Made by a program: the position numbers and the translations under genes
Shown: positions 7,829 to 17,616 of the stretch, in pieces
Numbering within the stretch: the stretch's first letter is position 1
How the letters are laid out: every line of letters starts with the position of its first letter
Source: Candidatus Krumholzibacteriota bacterium
Lineage (GTDB): Bacteria; Krumholzibacteriota; Krumholzibacteriia; LZORAL124-64-63
DNA: 25,169 bases
Direction of reading: 5' to 3'
Assembly (NCBI GenBank): GCA_039714075.1
Contig: JBDLKA010000049.1
Location: 1-25,169 of the forward strand
The notes under the pieces: model-generated
What the model was told of the DNA's origin: nothing
Seen by the model: only the letters and a program-made list of their open reading frames with translations
The model's database searches: none

Positions 7829-8773
7829 TCAATTGGGGGAATCCGGCCCAGGAGGCCATTCCTCGGCTTCCTGGCCATCATCCATGGCGGCCAGGCGGCG
7901 GCGGCTGAGGATGATTTTTCGGGTCGCGCCCAGCAGAAAAATAATTCCAGCCAGGACAAAGAGTCCCGGCCATCGGGTGAGAAACAACATCCACCCGTAT
8001 TTAAGTCTCATGGCCTGGCCGAATTTCTCTTGAAAATCGCCCAGGCTTTCGCCGGTCACCGCCAGAAACGCCTCGGTGAAATTTCCATTTTTTTTCGTTT
8101 CCCGGACCAGTTCGACGATGATTTCGTCCCCGAAACCCTCCCGGAGCCGGGACACCGCCAACAGGCTGGTGCGGTAGGCCCGGTCGGCGCTGTGGTGCGG
8201 CACGGGAAACCGGCCCTGGAGACTGGCCAAATCAGGCACCCGGCCTTCGAGAACCAGGGAAACGGTGTCGGAAAACCGCCACTCCCCCGAGTAGAGCATG
8301 GCGGCTCCTTCGTGAAGCCAGACCGGCAGCCAGGCGCCGCCGCTACCCTGGAACAGAAGGGCATGCACCATTTCGTGCAGAAACACTTCGCGCAGCCCCC
8401 GGCCCACCGCCGACATGCGGGAATAATCCAGGGCGATGACCTTTCCGGAAGGAACAGCCACGCCGACTCCCCAGTCCGGAAGACTGCCCGCGAAATGCCT
8501 TTGGAAGGAAGGGGTGTCCAGAATCACGCAGGTGACCGTATCGGCCTTGCCCACCCCCGAACCAGCGGGCAGCAGCTCGGCCGCCAACCGGGGGCCTTCG
8601 GCCTGCCAGATCTCGTGGCAGCGTTCGGCGGCGGCGCGGCCCGCCTCGGTTTCCACCTGGAAGACCACCACCGGAACCGACGCCCACACCGCGGGCGCCG
8701 CTACCAACACTAGAAGCACCGTGGCCAGGATCCTCCAGCGGAGCTTGGAACTGATTTTCCGGACGGGTCCCAT
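7829..8773 (-). CDS. Peptidase MA-family (gluzincin-like) metallohydrolase, exported and C-terminally membrane-anchored
   Basis: HEMVH...PVWLHEGAA zinc motif; signal peptide; C-terminal TM. Start moved to ATG 8773, which has a GGAG RBS (ORF track starts at 8836). Confidence 0.82.
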   Translation of the reverse strand: MGPVRKISSKLRWRILATVLLVLVAAPAVWASVPVVVFQVETEAGRAAAERCHEIWQAEGPRLAAELLPAGSGVGKADTVTCVILDTPSFQRHFAGSLPDWGVGVAVPSGKVIALDYSRMSAVGRGLREVFLHEMVHALLFQGSGGAWLPVWLHEGAAMLYSGEWRFSDTVSLVLEGRVPDLASLQGRFPVPHHSADRAYRTSLLAVSRLREGFGDEIIVELVRETKKNGNFTEAFLAVTGESLGDFQEKFGQAMRLKYGWMLFLTRWPGLFVLAGIIFLLGATRKIILSRRRLAAMDDGQEAEEWPPGPDSPN

Positions 8774-8892
8774 GGGGTCTCCGCTTTCTACAGGGTTGTT
8801 GAACACCAGGTGCAGGGAGTATGCTCTGACCGGCATCGTTCATTATCCGGCTTTTGGGTCGATCCGGCAATGCCCCGCTGGGCAGGGTGGTC

Positions 8893-9633
8893 ATGGTAAT
8901 GGATGCGGACATCCGCTTGGAACTGGAAAAGATCAGGGACGGGATATCAGGCGCAACCAGGATCACGGTGTTGTCCGGGGCGGGTATTTCCGCCGCCAGC
9001 GGGATCCCTACCTTTCGCGGTGAACAGGACAGCCTGTGGAGCCGCTACCGGCCCGAAGATCTGGCCACCCCCGAGGCGTTCGCCCGGGACCCCGAACTGG
9101 TCTGGCGCTGGTACGACTGGCGCCGCGGGCTCATCGCCGCCGCCGAACCCAACGCGGCCCATCAGGCCCTGGCCGACCTGGAAGCGACCGCCCGCGTGGT
9201 GACCATCACGCAGAACGTGGACGGCTACCACCAGATGGCCGGCAGCACCCGGGTGCTGGAATTCCACGGTTCGATCTGGGTGGTGCGGTGTCAGCAGTGC
9301 GGAACCGAAGACCTGGACAGGAGAGTCCCCATACCCATCCCGCCCTCTTGCGACCGGTGCGGAGGAATGATCCGTCCGGGTGTGGTGTGGTTCGGAGAGG
9401 GCATCGATCCCGGGGTGCTCCGGGCTTCAGCGGAGGCCGCCGCCGACTGTGATCTCTTCCTCGTGGTCGGCACCGCGGGCGCCGTCTATCCCGCCGCCGG
9501 TCTGGTCGGAACCGCCCGCCAGGCTGGTGCCCGCGTGGTCGAATTCAACCTCGAGCCGGGCGGTGTCACCCATTTGGCCGACCTCTTCGTCCCCGGATCG
9601 GCCGCCGACACCCTGGGACACCTGGTCCCCTGA
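8893..9633 (+). CDS. cobB: NAD-dependent protein deacylase (class III sirtuin)
   Basis: GAGISAASGIPTFRG, TQNVDGYH, HGS, CxxC..CxxC, RPGVVWFGE; YxxR (YDWR) acidic-acyl pocket. Start is 8893 or 8899. Confidence 0.92.
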   Translation: MVMDADIRLELEKIRDGISGATRITVLSGAGISAASGIPTFRGEQDSLWSRYRPEDLATPEAFARDPELVWRWYDWRRGLIAAAEPNAAHQALADLEATARVVTITQNVDGYHQMAGSTRVLEFHGSIWVVRCQQCGTEDLDRRVPIPIPPSCDRCGGMIRPGVVWFGEGIDPGVLRASAEAAADCDLFLVVGTAGAVYPAAGLVGTARQAGARVVEFNLEPGGVTHLADLFVPGSAADTLGHLVP

Positions 9634-11655
9634 AACGTCCCCTGATTCAGGTTGGGATATTTTCGCAGGCACCGCGCCGCTGCGCAGCGTGGGCAGCAGC
9701 AGGAAGAAGGAATTCCCCGTTTTCTTGTCCGCATGGACCAGGATGCGCCCGCCGTGGTTTTTCACCGCGGAGCTGGCGATGGGGATGCTCAGTCCCGACC
9801 CCTTGTGATGGTGTTCGATCCTGCCGACCAGTTCGAATTTTCCGAACAGGGCCTGGCGGCGATCTTCCGGGATGGGATCACCCGTGTTGAAGACCTCGAT
9901 CAGGCGCCAGGTCAGATCCTCGTGCTCCCAGCGGCGGTAGGAAGCCTGGCCTTTCAGGAAGTATTCGCCCTCGGGCTCGACGCCCCAGTCGGCCTTGTTG
10001 TGGCCGGGCACCAGACCCGCTTCGCGGATGACGATCCGGCCGCCCTCGTAATTGTGAACCACCGCGTTGTTGAGGATCTTTTCGAAGGCCACCTTCAGGA
10101 CCCGCTGGTCGCAGAGCACGGACCAATCGGCGCCCTGTTCCAGTTCGTTGTCCACCGTGATTCCACGCAGGTGGGCCCGTTCCCGGATGCCGCACAGCCC
10201 GATTTCCACCAGGTCGGCAGCCGGCACGGCCTGAAGGTCCAGTTTCCGGTCCCGGGACTGGATGGTCGTCATCTGGATGGCGTCGTTCATGAACCCGGTC
10301 AGCCGCTGTCCGCTGCTTTCGATGATGGAAGCGATCTCCAGGACGTTCAGCCGGTCCAGGATTTCCTTATCCGCTCCCCGGACCTGCGCCACCGATGATT
10401 TCAGGTAGTCCACGCCGCCCATGATCGAGGTCAGGGGGGTACGCACCTCGTGGGAGATCAGGATGAGGAAATCGTCCTTCGCCTTGTCCAGCATCCGCAT
10501 GTCGTCCAGGGTGCCGCGCAGGTTTTCCGCCTTGATCTGGACCAGACGATGGGCTTCGTCCTTGCTGGTGGCCAGATGGGACAAATGCCGGGACACCTTG
10601 TCCACCACCCGGGTGACACCGTAGAGGGCCAGGCCCAGCGCCAGCAGGGCGACCCCCAGGACCGTCAGCACATAGCGCAGGCCCATGCCCTGCAAAACCG
10701 ACACTTCGTGGGTCGTCAACATGGTGAACGGGAGATTCCGGCCGCGTCCGACCGTTACGACCCAGGGCGTCATCCGGCGGCCCACCACCGCGGTTCTGAG
10801 GTTCTCCCCCGGTCCCAGGGGCAGCCACAGGTCGGAACCCGAAGCCGCGCCGAACACTCCCTCGGAACTGCCGCGGGGCCGATCGGCCAACATGGTTCCG
10901 ACATCGACCGATTTGGTCGCCGCCACCATGACCCGGCCATCGCCATCAAGGACGCACCACCAGCCGCCATGCTGGAAATCCCCGACCAGGGCCTTCAGAT
11001 CCAGGAAATACACGGGATGCCCTGTGCGATGTTCGCCCCGCTCGTCACGGACCAGGACCGGCAGCAGGGATGTGCCCGACCCACCCTCGCCTCCGGACGC
11101 TTCCAGCAGCAGGGGAGGAAACAGGTACACCGGATGCCCGGGATTGGAATCCACCAGAACCGGAGCGTCCGAAACGCGGACGTTGGTCCAACTGCCCGGT
11201 CGGAATCCGGGTCGGAAACAGTGGCTGTATTTTTCCAGCCAGTCGTCCACCCTGGCCCGGTTCCCCGCGGTGGCCAGGGAGTCGACCAGGCTGAAATATT
11301 TTCCCGGGTTTTCACCCTCGGCCCCGACCCTACCGAGGGCCACCCCGTCCAGAAGGTCCATCTGCAGGAGATCCTCGACCAGATGGGTGCCGTCGGACCG
11401 GCCGCCGCGGGACAGAAAATCATTCTGCCGCACCTCGACCGCCATCGCCTCCAACGAGGCCCGCCGGCGAAGATTGTCCAGAAGGGAAAGGACTTCCTGT
11501 TTATCGATGTTCTGGGCCGTGCGCGTCGAATGATGCGTGAACACCACCCAACTGATCACGCCGATGGATAGGACGGCCAGGAACATCACAGGCAACACGC
11601 GGGCAAAAATCTGCCAGCGCGTGCGGTAACTCAGCCTGTGAAGTATTTGGCTCAT
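9427..11655 (-). CDS. Membrane sensor histidine kinase (HisKA + HATPase), orphan
   Basis: Two TMs flanking a Cache-like periplasmic region; H-box ISHEVRTPLTSI, N-box KILNNAVVHN, NTGDPIP, LFGKF, GSGLSIPI. Start placed at ATG 11655 (RBS GGGAAAGG); the 3' end overlaps cobB. Confidence 0.87.
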   Translation of the reverse strand: MSQILHRLSYRTRWQIFARVLPVMFLAVLSIGVISWVVFTHHSTRTAQNIDKQEVLSLLDNLRRRASLEAMAVEVRQNDFLSRGGRSDGTHLVEDLLQMDLLDGVALGRVGAEGENPGKYFSLVDSLATAGNRARVDDWLEKYSHCFRPGFRPGSWTNVRVSDAPVLVDSNPGHPVYLFPPLLLEASGGEGGSGTSLLPVLVRDERGEHRTGHPVYFLDLKALVGDFQHGGWWCVLDGDGRVMVAATKSVDVGTMLADRPRGSSEGVFGAASGSDLWLPLGPGENLRTAVVGRRMTPWVVTVGRGRNLPFTMLTTHEVSVLQGMGLRYVLTVLGVALLALGLALYGVTRVVDKVSRHLSHLATSKDEAHRLVQIKAENLRGTLDDMRMLDKAKDDFLILISHEVRTPLTSIMGGVDYLKSSVAQVRGADKEILDRLNVLEIASIIESSGQRLTGFMNDAIQMTTIQSRDRKLDLQAVPAADLVEIGLCGIRERAHLRGITVDNELEQGADWSVLCDQRVLKVAFEKILNNAVVHNYEGGRIVIREAGLVPGHNKADWGVEPEGEYFLKGQASYRRWEHEDLTWRLIEVFNTGDPIPEDRRQALFGKFELVGRIEHHHKGSGLSIPIASSAVKNHGGRILVHADKKTGNSFFLLLPTLRSGAVPAKISQPESGDVSGDQVSQGVGGRSGDEEVGQMGDTARLEVEFDHAGTSLAGGSDQTGGGIDGARGADHEEEITVGGGLR

Positions 11656-11830
11656 ATGGACCTTTCCCCATCGACAGGAAATACACGGGTTCCTCTCTGA
11701 ATTGTTATCGTTCGGTTCCGGGAAAGGTTGACCCATGGTTTGGCCCGGGTTATTCATGGTAGGAATTGCGGTTCGCCACCCGGACCGCGTTTCTTTTCGG
11801 CCCATTTTTCCGGAAAGCGGGAGCCGCAGC

Positions 11831-13105
11831 ATGTCCGGTCGCAAGTTGTTGTTGATAAACAAGTTTTACCATGACAAGGGTCCTGCCGGCGGCGTGGGTC
11901 GCTATCTGGTCCAGGAGGAAGAGGACCTGAAAGCCGCGGGCTGGGACGTGGTGCCTTTCGCCATGAATGACGCCGACGCCTTGCCCTCCCCGTGGAGCAG
12001 GTTTTTCGTCAGGGCCCGCGACTACAGCACGCCGCGTTTTTCCGGTGGCGCCTGGGGCGACGCCTTGTCCCTGATCTGGAACCGGGAAGCCGCCGCCAAC
12101 CTGGACGCCCTGGTTGAAGAAACCAGGCCGGCGGTCGCGCATCTGCACAACATCTACCATCACCTCAGCCCTTCCATACTGCCGGTATTGCGGCGCCACG
12201 GCATACCCCTGGTCATGACGCTTCATGACCTGCGCCTGCTCTGCCCGGCCATCCACATGTTGCGGGACGGCGCCCCCTGCGAAGAATGCCGGAATGGAAA
12301 ACTGCACAACGCCGTCCGTTACGGGTGCGTCAAGAATTCCCGGGCCGCCTCGCTGCTGGCCGCGGCCGAAACCTGGCACCAGCGCGCGCGCGGTTTGTAT
12401 GAAAAATCCGTGGATCTTTTCCTGTGCCCCAGCCGGTTCATCCGGGACAAGTACATATCCTGGGGGTATCCCCCGGCCAAGCTCCGGCACCTGCCCAATT
12501 TCGTGGACCTCGACCATTGGCATCCCCGGCACGTCCAGACTTCGCCCGACCGGGACGCCTACCTGTATTTCGGCCGGATTTCCAATGAAAAGGGATTGCG
12601 CACCCTGCTGGAAGCCCAGGCCCTGTGGGAAAAAGGCTTCGCCTCGGGAGAGGTGACCGAACCGCCGCTGCGGCTGCTGATCGCCGGGTCCGGGCCCTGC
12701 GAAGGCAACCTGCGGGCGGGTGCGGCCGGGCTCGGGCTGGAAAGCGTGGAGATCCTCGGGAGCCTGGACCGGGACGGATTGCGTCAGGCGCTTGCGTGCT
12801 CCCGGTTTTCCGTCCTGCCGTCGGAGTGTTACGAAAACGGACCCATGGCCGCGATGGAAGCTTTGGCCTCGGGGCGGCCGTTGGTCGGCACCGACATCGG
12901 CGGCATCCCCGAAATGATCGAAGACGGTGTGAACGGGATTCTCGTCCCTCCGCGCAATCCGCCAGGGCTGCTGGAGGGACTGGTCAAGGCTTCTCAACTG
13001 GGACCCGAAGCGGATGCGGCCGCGCGAAGCCATGCCGAAAACCACGCTTCCCGCAGCGGGCACATGGCCACGCTGCGGGAAATCTTCGCCGATCTGGCCG
13101 GCTGA
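11831..13105 (+). CDS. Glycosyltransferase family 4
   Basis: GGVGRY, HLHNIYHHLSPSIL, TLHD..L.CP, YFGRISNEKG, PSECYENGP..MEALASG, GGIPE; ATG 11831 with GGAG RBS. Confidence 0.92.
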   Translation: MSGRKLLLINKFYHDKGPAGGVGRYLVQEEEDLKAAGWDVVPFAMNDADALPSPWSRFFVRARDYSTPRFSGGAWGDALSLIWNREAAANLDALVEETRPAVAHLHNIYHHLSPSILPVLRRHGIPLVMTLHDLRLLCPAIHMLRDGAPCEECRNGKLHNAVRYGCVKNSRAASLLAAAETWHQRARGLYEKSVDLFLCPSRFIRDKYISWGYPPAKLRHLPNFVDLDHWHPRHVQTSPDRDAYLYFGRISNEKGLRTLLEAQALWEKGFASGEVTEPPLRLLIAGSGPCEGNLRAGAAGLGLESVEILGSLDRDGLRQALACSRFSVLPSECYENGPMAAMEALASGRPLVGTDIGGIPEMIEDGVNGILVPPRNPPGLLEGLVKASQLGPEADAAARSHAENHASRSGHMATLREIFADLAG

Positions 13106-13120
13106 CCTCCGCTTTGCGGA

Positions 13121-16100
13121 TCAATCCAACAGGATCGGAATCTCCATCACCAGGCGGCCGCCCTGGTCGCCTGGCCGTCGGTCATCGGTATTGGTATCCA
13201 GCAACCTGATGGCGCCGAAGACTTTCTGTCCCGACACCGGGGCCGGCCATTCGTCGGCGAAGGTGACCGAAACTTCGGTCGGCACGCCGCAGTGAAGGTG
13301 CAGTGGACCACCCCCGGCCCGCTTGGCCACACCGGAAACCGGACTCGCGAAGGAGAACTTCTCCTCCAGGTCGAAACCCCATTCGCCCATATCGGCGGCG
13401 ATGGCGAAGGCACCGACCACCTGGAGAGTGAACGTCGCCTCCTCCGAACCTGCAGGCAGGGAAATCCCCACCTCGGCTTCAAGTCCGTCGAATCCGCCCG
13501 ACCGGACCGCCTTGCCGTCGGCGTCGAGAATGTTCACGGCGCAATCGGTGAACAGGTTGCCGGTCTTTTCGCACATGACCAGATGGAAGTCCGCCCGGGG
13601 CGTCGTGCGGTCCAGTTTGAATTTCCGGGTGTATTCGTCCGCCGCTTCGATCTTGACTTCCTCGGTTCCCGCGAATCCTTCGATGGCCGCGGTGGCCCGG
13701 CCCTTGAAGACACCGGCGAAGGAGCGGGTCACCGTGACGTCGCCGGAGGCGTCTTCACCGTTCTTCTTGCGCCCGATGTCCGCCACCGTTCCGGGTGAGC
13801 TGGTGTAACCGTCGAAGGAGACACTGAGACGGTAATCGCTCTTGTCCATGGCCCCGATGCTGCTGGCCACGTTGATTTCCCAGGTACCGGGGACCAGCTC
13901 CGGCGCGGTCACGGTCTGGTCGGTGATGGGATTCCCGTCCACGCTGGCGTAACCGGCGAAGCCGCCGCGGTTGTGGCCTTCGGGATCGCAGATCTCGGTC
14001 AGCACCCTGGCCCCGCGGGCCGAACCGACATCGTCGCTGACCTCGAGGCGAACACGCATGGCCGAGGCACCGGCGGGAGCGTCCACGTAGTAGCGGTGGA
14101 CCGAACTCTGCACCAATCCCTTACCCTCGTAGACCTTCAGGTAACCCGTTTCGGGGCCCACCGGATCCCCCACGACCACGGTGTTCCAAAGATAGAACTC
14201 CCGGCCGGCCAGACCACTCAGGTCGCCACCGTCGAGGGTCGCCGTCACCCGGGCGGAATAGGCGCCGGATTCGGCCAGCTTTTTCCCGTCGTACTGGCAG
14301 CTGACGGTCATGCCCATGTCGCCCCGGATGTAGCGGTCTCCCGAGACGACCTTCAACCAGTCGCCCTCGCTCTTGAAGCGGAAGCTGCGGAAAAAGGCAT
14401 CCTTTTCGTCGGGACCCAGATCCGGGTGAAACACCGGACGGACGGTGAAGGTCACGTTTTCCGGTCCGAACGGAGCTCCGCCGGGGGTGCGCCAGTAGGC
14501 GGCGTCGCTGTGGCCGTCCGCCTGGAAAACGCAATCGGTCGTGATGTCGTACCACAGGACCTGGTGCGCGCTGTCACTTTCGGCCAGTTCCCGCAAAACG
14601 TTCCAGGTGGCGTCCACCGTCACCAGGCCGCCGCCCTGATCGACCAGGGACAGACCCGGAACCGGGGTTCCCCCGGCGATCAACGCGCGTTTCATCATGC
14701 CCCAGTGGAGGTCCAGGCCCTGCTCCTGGGCCGCACTGACCAGGCAGGCCACCCCGCCGGCGGTCTGGGGCGAAGCCATACTGGTGCCGTTGAAACGGGC
14801 CATGCCGTCCACGAAACCGGGCACGGTGCTGAGTGCCGACCCCGGGGCCACGATATCGGGCTTGGCCGTCTCGCCCCCACGGCTGCTGAAGTTGAAAAGG
14901 GTCGCCTGTTCCATGCGGGCGCTGTACAAATCAGCGCCTGTGGCGGGCGACAGGTAGGCGCCGGAGCTGATCAGGCTGTAGGCGGTGGCCGGCAGCCCCA
15001 CCGTCGACAGGCCCGGGCCCGAGTTGCCCGCGCTGGTGCAGACGTAAAGGGTGGGATGCTCGCTGAGCAGGTCGTCCAGCCATTCTCCCATGGCATCCTC
15101 GCCCTCTTCCACCGAGTCGATGCCGAAGCTCATGTTCACCACGACCGGGATCCCGTATTTCTCCTCGAACGAGGCCGCGTATTCGTAGGCCTTCTTCATG
15201 CTGCTGGTGCGGGTGGCACCGCCGGACAGGCGGTTGTCACCCAGTTTCAGGGACATGACCCAGGCACCGGGAGCGGCTCCGTGCATGCCCGCCTGGCCGC
15301 TGACCTCGAAGCCGGCGGCGATGCCCGCGCAGTGGGACCCGTGGGCGCCATCATCGAAATGGAACTCGACGGTCGGGGATTCCGGCCTGCCCAGATGATC
15401 TTCGTTGGTCACCACGTTGACTTCCCAGGCCATCATGGAACGGGAGTCGGGATTGTTGTCGCTGCCCAGGGTGAAAGCGTCGTAGTTGACGCGGTAGTCG
15501 CGCAGCATTTTTTCATCGGACAGATCGCCGTTGCCGTCGGTGTCGACCACCACGACCCAGACGCGCTCGGACAACCGTTCGCCGGCGACGGTCTTTTGGG
15601 ACGTTTCGTTCAGGTCCATCATCATCTCGTAACCGGCGCCGATCCCCAGGGCTTCTTCAACGTCGGGCCGCGGCGCGGCGTAGACCAGGAAGCCGAACCG
15701 GTCGGAGTTGTCCCCGTCATCGTTCAGGTCATAGACACCCCGGCTGTTGACGAAATCCTTTTCGGCGATGACCCCGATGTAGACCGGGTGGGCGACATCT
15801 TCTTCCCCCGGGGGAACCGGCAGGGACCCGGCGCCGCGCAACAGCAGGCCGTCTTCGGTCCGGAACACCGGCGCCGTTTCGCTCCCGGAGTCGTCCCGCT
15901 CCGCCACCGCGGTCTTCCAGTCGCCTTCTGTGCTGAAATCCCGCACGTCGATCAGCTTGGTCAAACCCGTGGAAGTTTCCCGCATTCCGGGCGCAAAGGC
16001 ATCCACACCGGTGTCGAGGATGGCCACGACCACCCCCCGGCCATCCCATTCCGGGTGGGCCGCCCGAAAGGACTCGGCGCCTATCTCATTTGATGGCAAG

Positions 16101-16219
16101 TAATTCCATGATTTTTCGGAATCGGCTCCCACCACATTCCAGGCCGGCAGGGCCAAAAAGGCCAGGACCGCCAGAATTGGGAAAACGTGGCGGCGAGCTG
16201 GGGCAAATGGCGGCATCAT
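13121..16219 (-). CDS. Secreted S8 serine peptidase, tripeptidyl-peptidase II-like
   Basis: HPEWDGRGVVVAILDTGVD (Asp), HGSHCAGIAA (His), SAGNSGP (oxyanion Asn), NGTSMASP (Ser); long Asp-His insert; signal peptide; GGAGG RBS 10 nt upstream of ATG 16219. Confidence 0.9.
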   Translation of the reverse strand: MMPPFAPARRHVFPILAVLAFLALPAWNVVGADSEKSWNYLPSNEIGAESFRAAHPEWDGRGVVVAILDTGVDAFAPGMRETSTGLTKLIDVRDFSTEGDWKTAVAERDDSGSETAPVFRTEDGLLLRGAGSLPVPPGEEDVAHPVYIGVIAEKDFVNSRGVYDLNDDGDNSDRFGFLVYAAPRPDVEEALGIGAGYEMMMDLNETSQKTVAGERLSERVWVVVVDTDGNGDLSDEKMLRDYRVNYDAFTLGSDNNPDSRSMMAWEVNVVTNEDHLGRPESPTVEFHFDDGAHGSHCAGIAAGFEVSGQAGMHGAAPGAWVMSLKLGDNRLSGGATRTSSMKKAYEYAASFEEKYGIPVVVNMSFGIDSVEEGEDAMGEWLDDLLSEHPTLYVCTSAGNSGPGLSTVGLPATAYSLISSGAYLSPATGADLYSARMEQATLFNFSSRGGETAKPDIVAPGSALSTVPGFVDGMARFNGTSMASPQTAGGVACLVSAAQEQGLDLHWGMMKRALIAGGTPVPGLSLVDQGGGLVTVDATWNVLRELAESDSAHQVLWYDITTDCVFQADGHSDAAYWRTPGGAPFGPENVTFTVRPVFHPDLGPDEKDAFFRSFRFKSEGDWLKVVSGDRYIRGDMGMTVSCQYDGKKLAESGAYSARVTATLDGGDLSGLAGREFYLWNTVVVGDPVGPETGYLKVYEGKGLVQSSVHRYYVDAPAGASAMRVRLEVSDDVGSARGARVLTEICDPEGHNRGGFAGYASVDGNPITDQTVTAPELVPGTWEINVASSIGAMDKSDYRLSVSFDGYTSSPGTVADIGRKKNGEDASGDVTVTRSFAGVFKGRATAAIEGFAGTEEVKIEAADEYTRKFKLDRTTPRADFHLVMCEKTGNLFTDCAVNILDADGKAVRSGGFDGLEAEVGISLPAGSEEATFTLQVVGAFAIAADMGEWGFDLEEKFSFASPVSGVAKRAGGGPLHLHCGVPTEVSVTFADEWPAPVSGQKVFGAIRLLDTNTDDRRPGDQGGRLVMEIPILLD

Positions 16220-16296
16220 GATCAAAAAACCTCCGGGAAGCCCCGGAACTCAAGAAAGAGGTCGGGACATTGGAATTGGGGGGGATCGTCGCCCAT

Positions 16297-16325
16297 ATTA
16301 TAGGATGCGCAATCAAGCGGAACAA
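16297..16325 (-). promoter_or_regulatory. sigma70-type promoter for the S8 peptidase
   Basis: Minus strand TTGTTC-N17-TATAAT. Confidence 0.65.
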
Positions 16326-16400
16326 GATTGATCGGCCCGGCCCGAGTCGGAGCCACCCCCGATCCGGGGTCCGGTCAGGTCACAACGAAAAGGTCACAAA

Positions 16401-17585
16401 ATGAAAGACATCGGCAAAAGGGGCATGATGACCCGCATCATCCACGCCGGACAGCACGTCGATCCCCAGACCGGAGCGGTCGCCACCCCCATCTACCAGA
16501 CCTCCACTTTCGCATTCCGCGACGCCGACCACGGCGCCGCCTGCTTCGGTGGCGAACCCGGCTACAAATACACCCGCCTGGGCAACCCGACCATCGAAGC
16601 CCTGGAAAACAACATCGCCCAGCTGGAGGGCGGCTGCGGCGGACTGGGCGCGGCCAGCGGCATGGCGGCCGTGAACATGGTCTACCTGACCCTGCTGGGA
16701 CAGGGGGCCCACGTGGTGGCCACCGAGAGCCTGTACGGTCCCAGCCGGATGATCCTCGAAACCGAATACCCGCGCTTCGGCGTGGAGAGTTCCTTCGTGG
16801 ACACGTCCGACCCCGCCAACGTGGCCGCCGCCATGCGGGACAACACCAAACTGGTCTACCTCGAATCCCCGGCCAACCCCACCCTCAAGCTGACCGACAT
16901 CGAAGCCTGCGTCGAGATCGCCCATGCCGGTGGAGCCCTGGTGGCGGTGGACAACACGTTCGCCTCGCCGTACCTGCAGAATCCCCTGGAACTCGGGGCC
17001 GACATCGTCCTTCACAGCATGACCAAGTTCATCAACGGGCACACCGACGTGGTGGCCGGCATGGTCGTGGCCAAGGACCCGGAACTGTTCGCCAGGCTGC
17101 GCAAGGTCCACTATAATATGGGGGGAACGATGGATCCCCATCAGGCCTGGCTCGTGCTGCGCGGGGTCAAGAGTCTGGGATTGCGCATGGACCGCGCCCA
17201 GGAAAACGCCATGAAACTGGCCACTTTCCTGGAAAAGCACCCCAAGATCGACTGGATCCGTTATCCCGGACTGGAAAGTCATCCCCAGTACGCCTTGGCC
17301 CGCAAACAGATGCGTGGCGGCGGGGCTGTTTTCAGCTTCGGCGTCAAGGGCGGGCTGGAGGCCGGCAAGACGGTGATCAACAACGTCGAGGTCCCGACCC
17401 TGGCGGTGAGCCTGGGCGGCATCGAGTCGCTGATCGAGCATCCGGCCAGCATGACCCACGCGGGCATGCCCCAGTCCGAACGGCTGAAGGCCGACATCAC
17501 CGACGACCTGGTGCGGATCGCCGTCGGTTGCGAAAGCTACGAGGACCTGGAGGCCGACATGGCCCGGGTTCTGGACATGATCTAA
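16401..17585 (+). CDS. PLP-dependent trans-sulfuration enzyme (methionine gamma-lyase/cystathionine gamma-lyase family)
   Basis: PIYQTSTF, YTRLGNPT, SGMAA, ESPANP, VDNTFASP, SMTKFINGHTDV (PLP Lys), LAVSLGGIESLIEHPASMTH. Confidence 0.93.
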   Translation: MKDIGKRGMMTRIIHAGQHVDPQTGAVATPIYQTSTFAFRDADHGAACFGGEPGYKYTRLGNPTIEALENNIAQLEGGCGGLGAASGMAAVNMVYLTLLGQGAHVVATESLYGPSRMILETEYPRFGVESSFVDTSDPANVAAAMRDNTKLVYLESPANPTLKLTDIEACVEIAHAGGALVAVDNTFASPYLQNPLELGADIVLHSMTKFINGHTDVVAGMVVAKDPELFARLRKVHYNMGGTMDPHQAWLVLRGVKSLGLRMDRAQENAMKLATFLEKHPKIDWIRYPGLESHPQYALARKQMRGGGAVFSFGVKGGLEAGKTVINNVEVPTLAVSLGGIESLIEHPASMTHAGMPQSERLKADITDDLVRIAVGCESYEDLEADMARVLDMI

Positions 17586-17616
17586 TAGACGGGTTTCCGA
17601 CCCGGAAAAGAGCGAG

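Noticed and set aside
8893..9633. Sirtuin as an anti-phage Sir2 effector (Thoeris/DSR-type)
   Set aside because: It has the zinc-binding module and length of housekeeping CobB, and no defence partners are nearby.
16226..16400. SAM riboswitch upstream of the gamma-lyase
   Set aside because: Only an ATCAAG-like fragment; the S-box core and a terminator are not recognisable.
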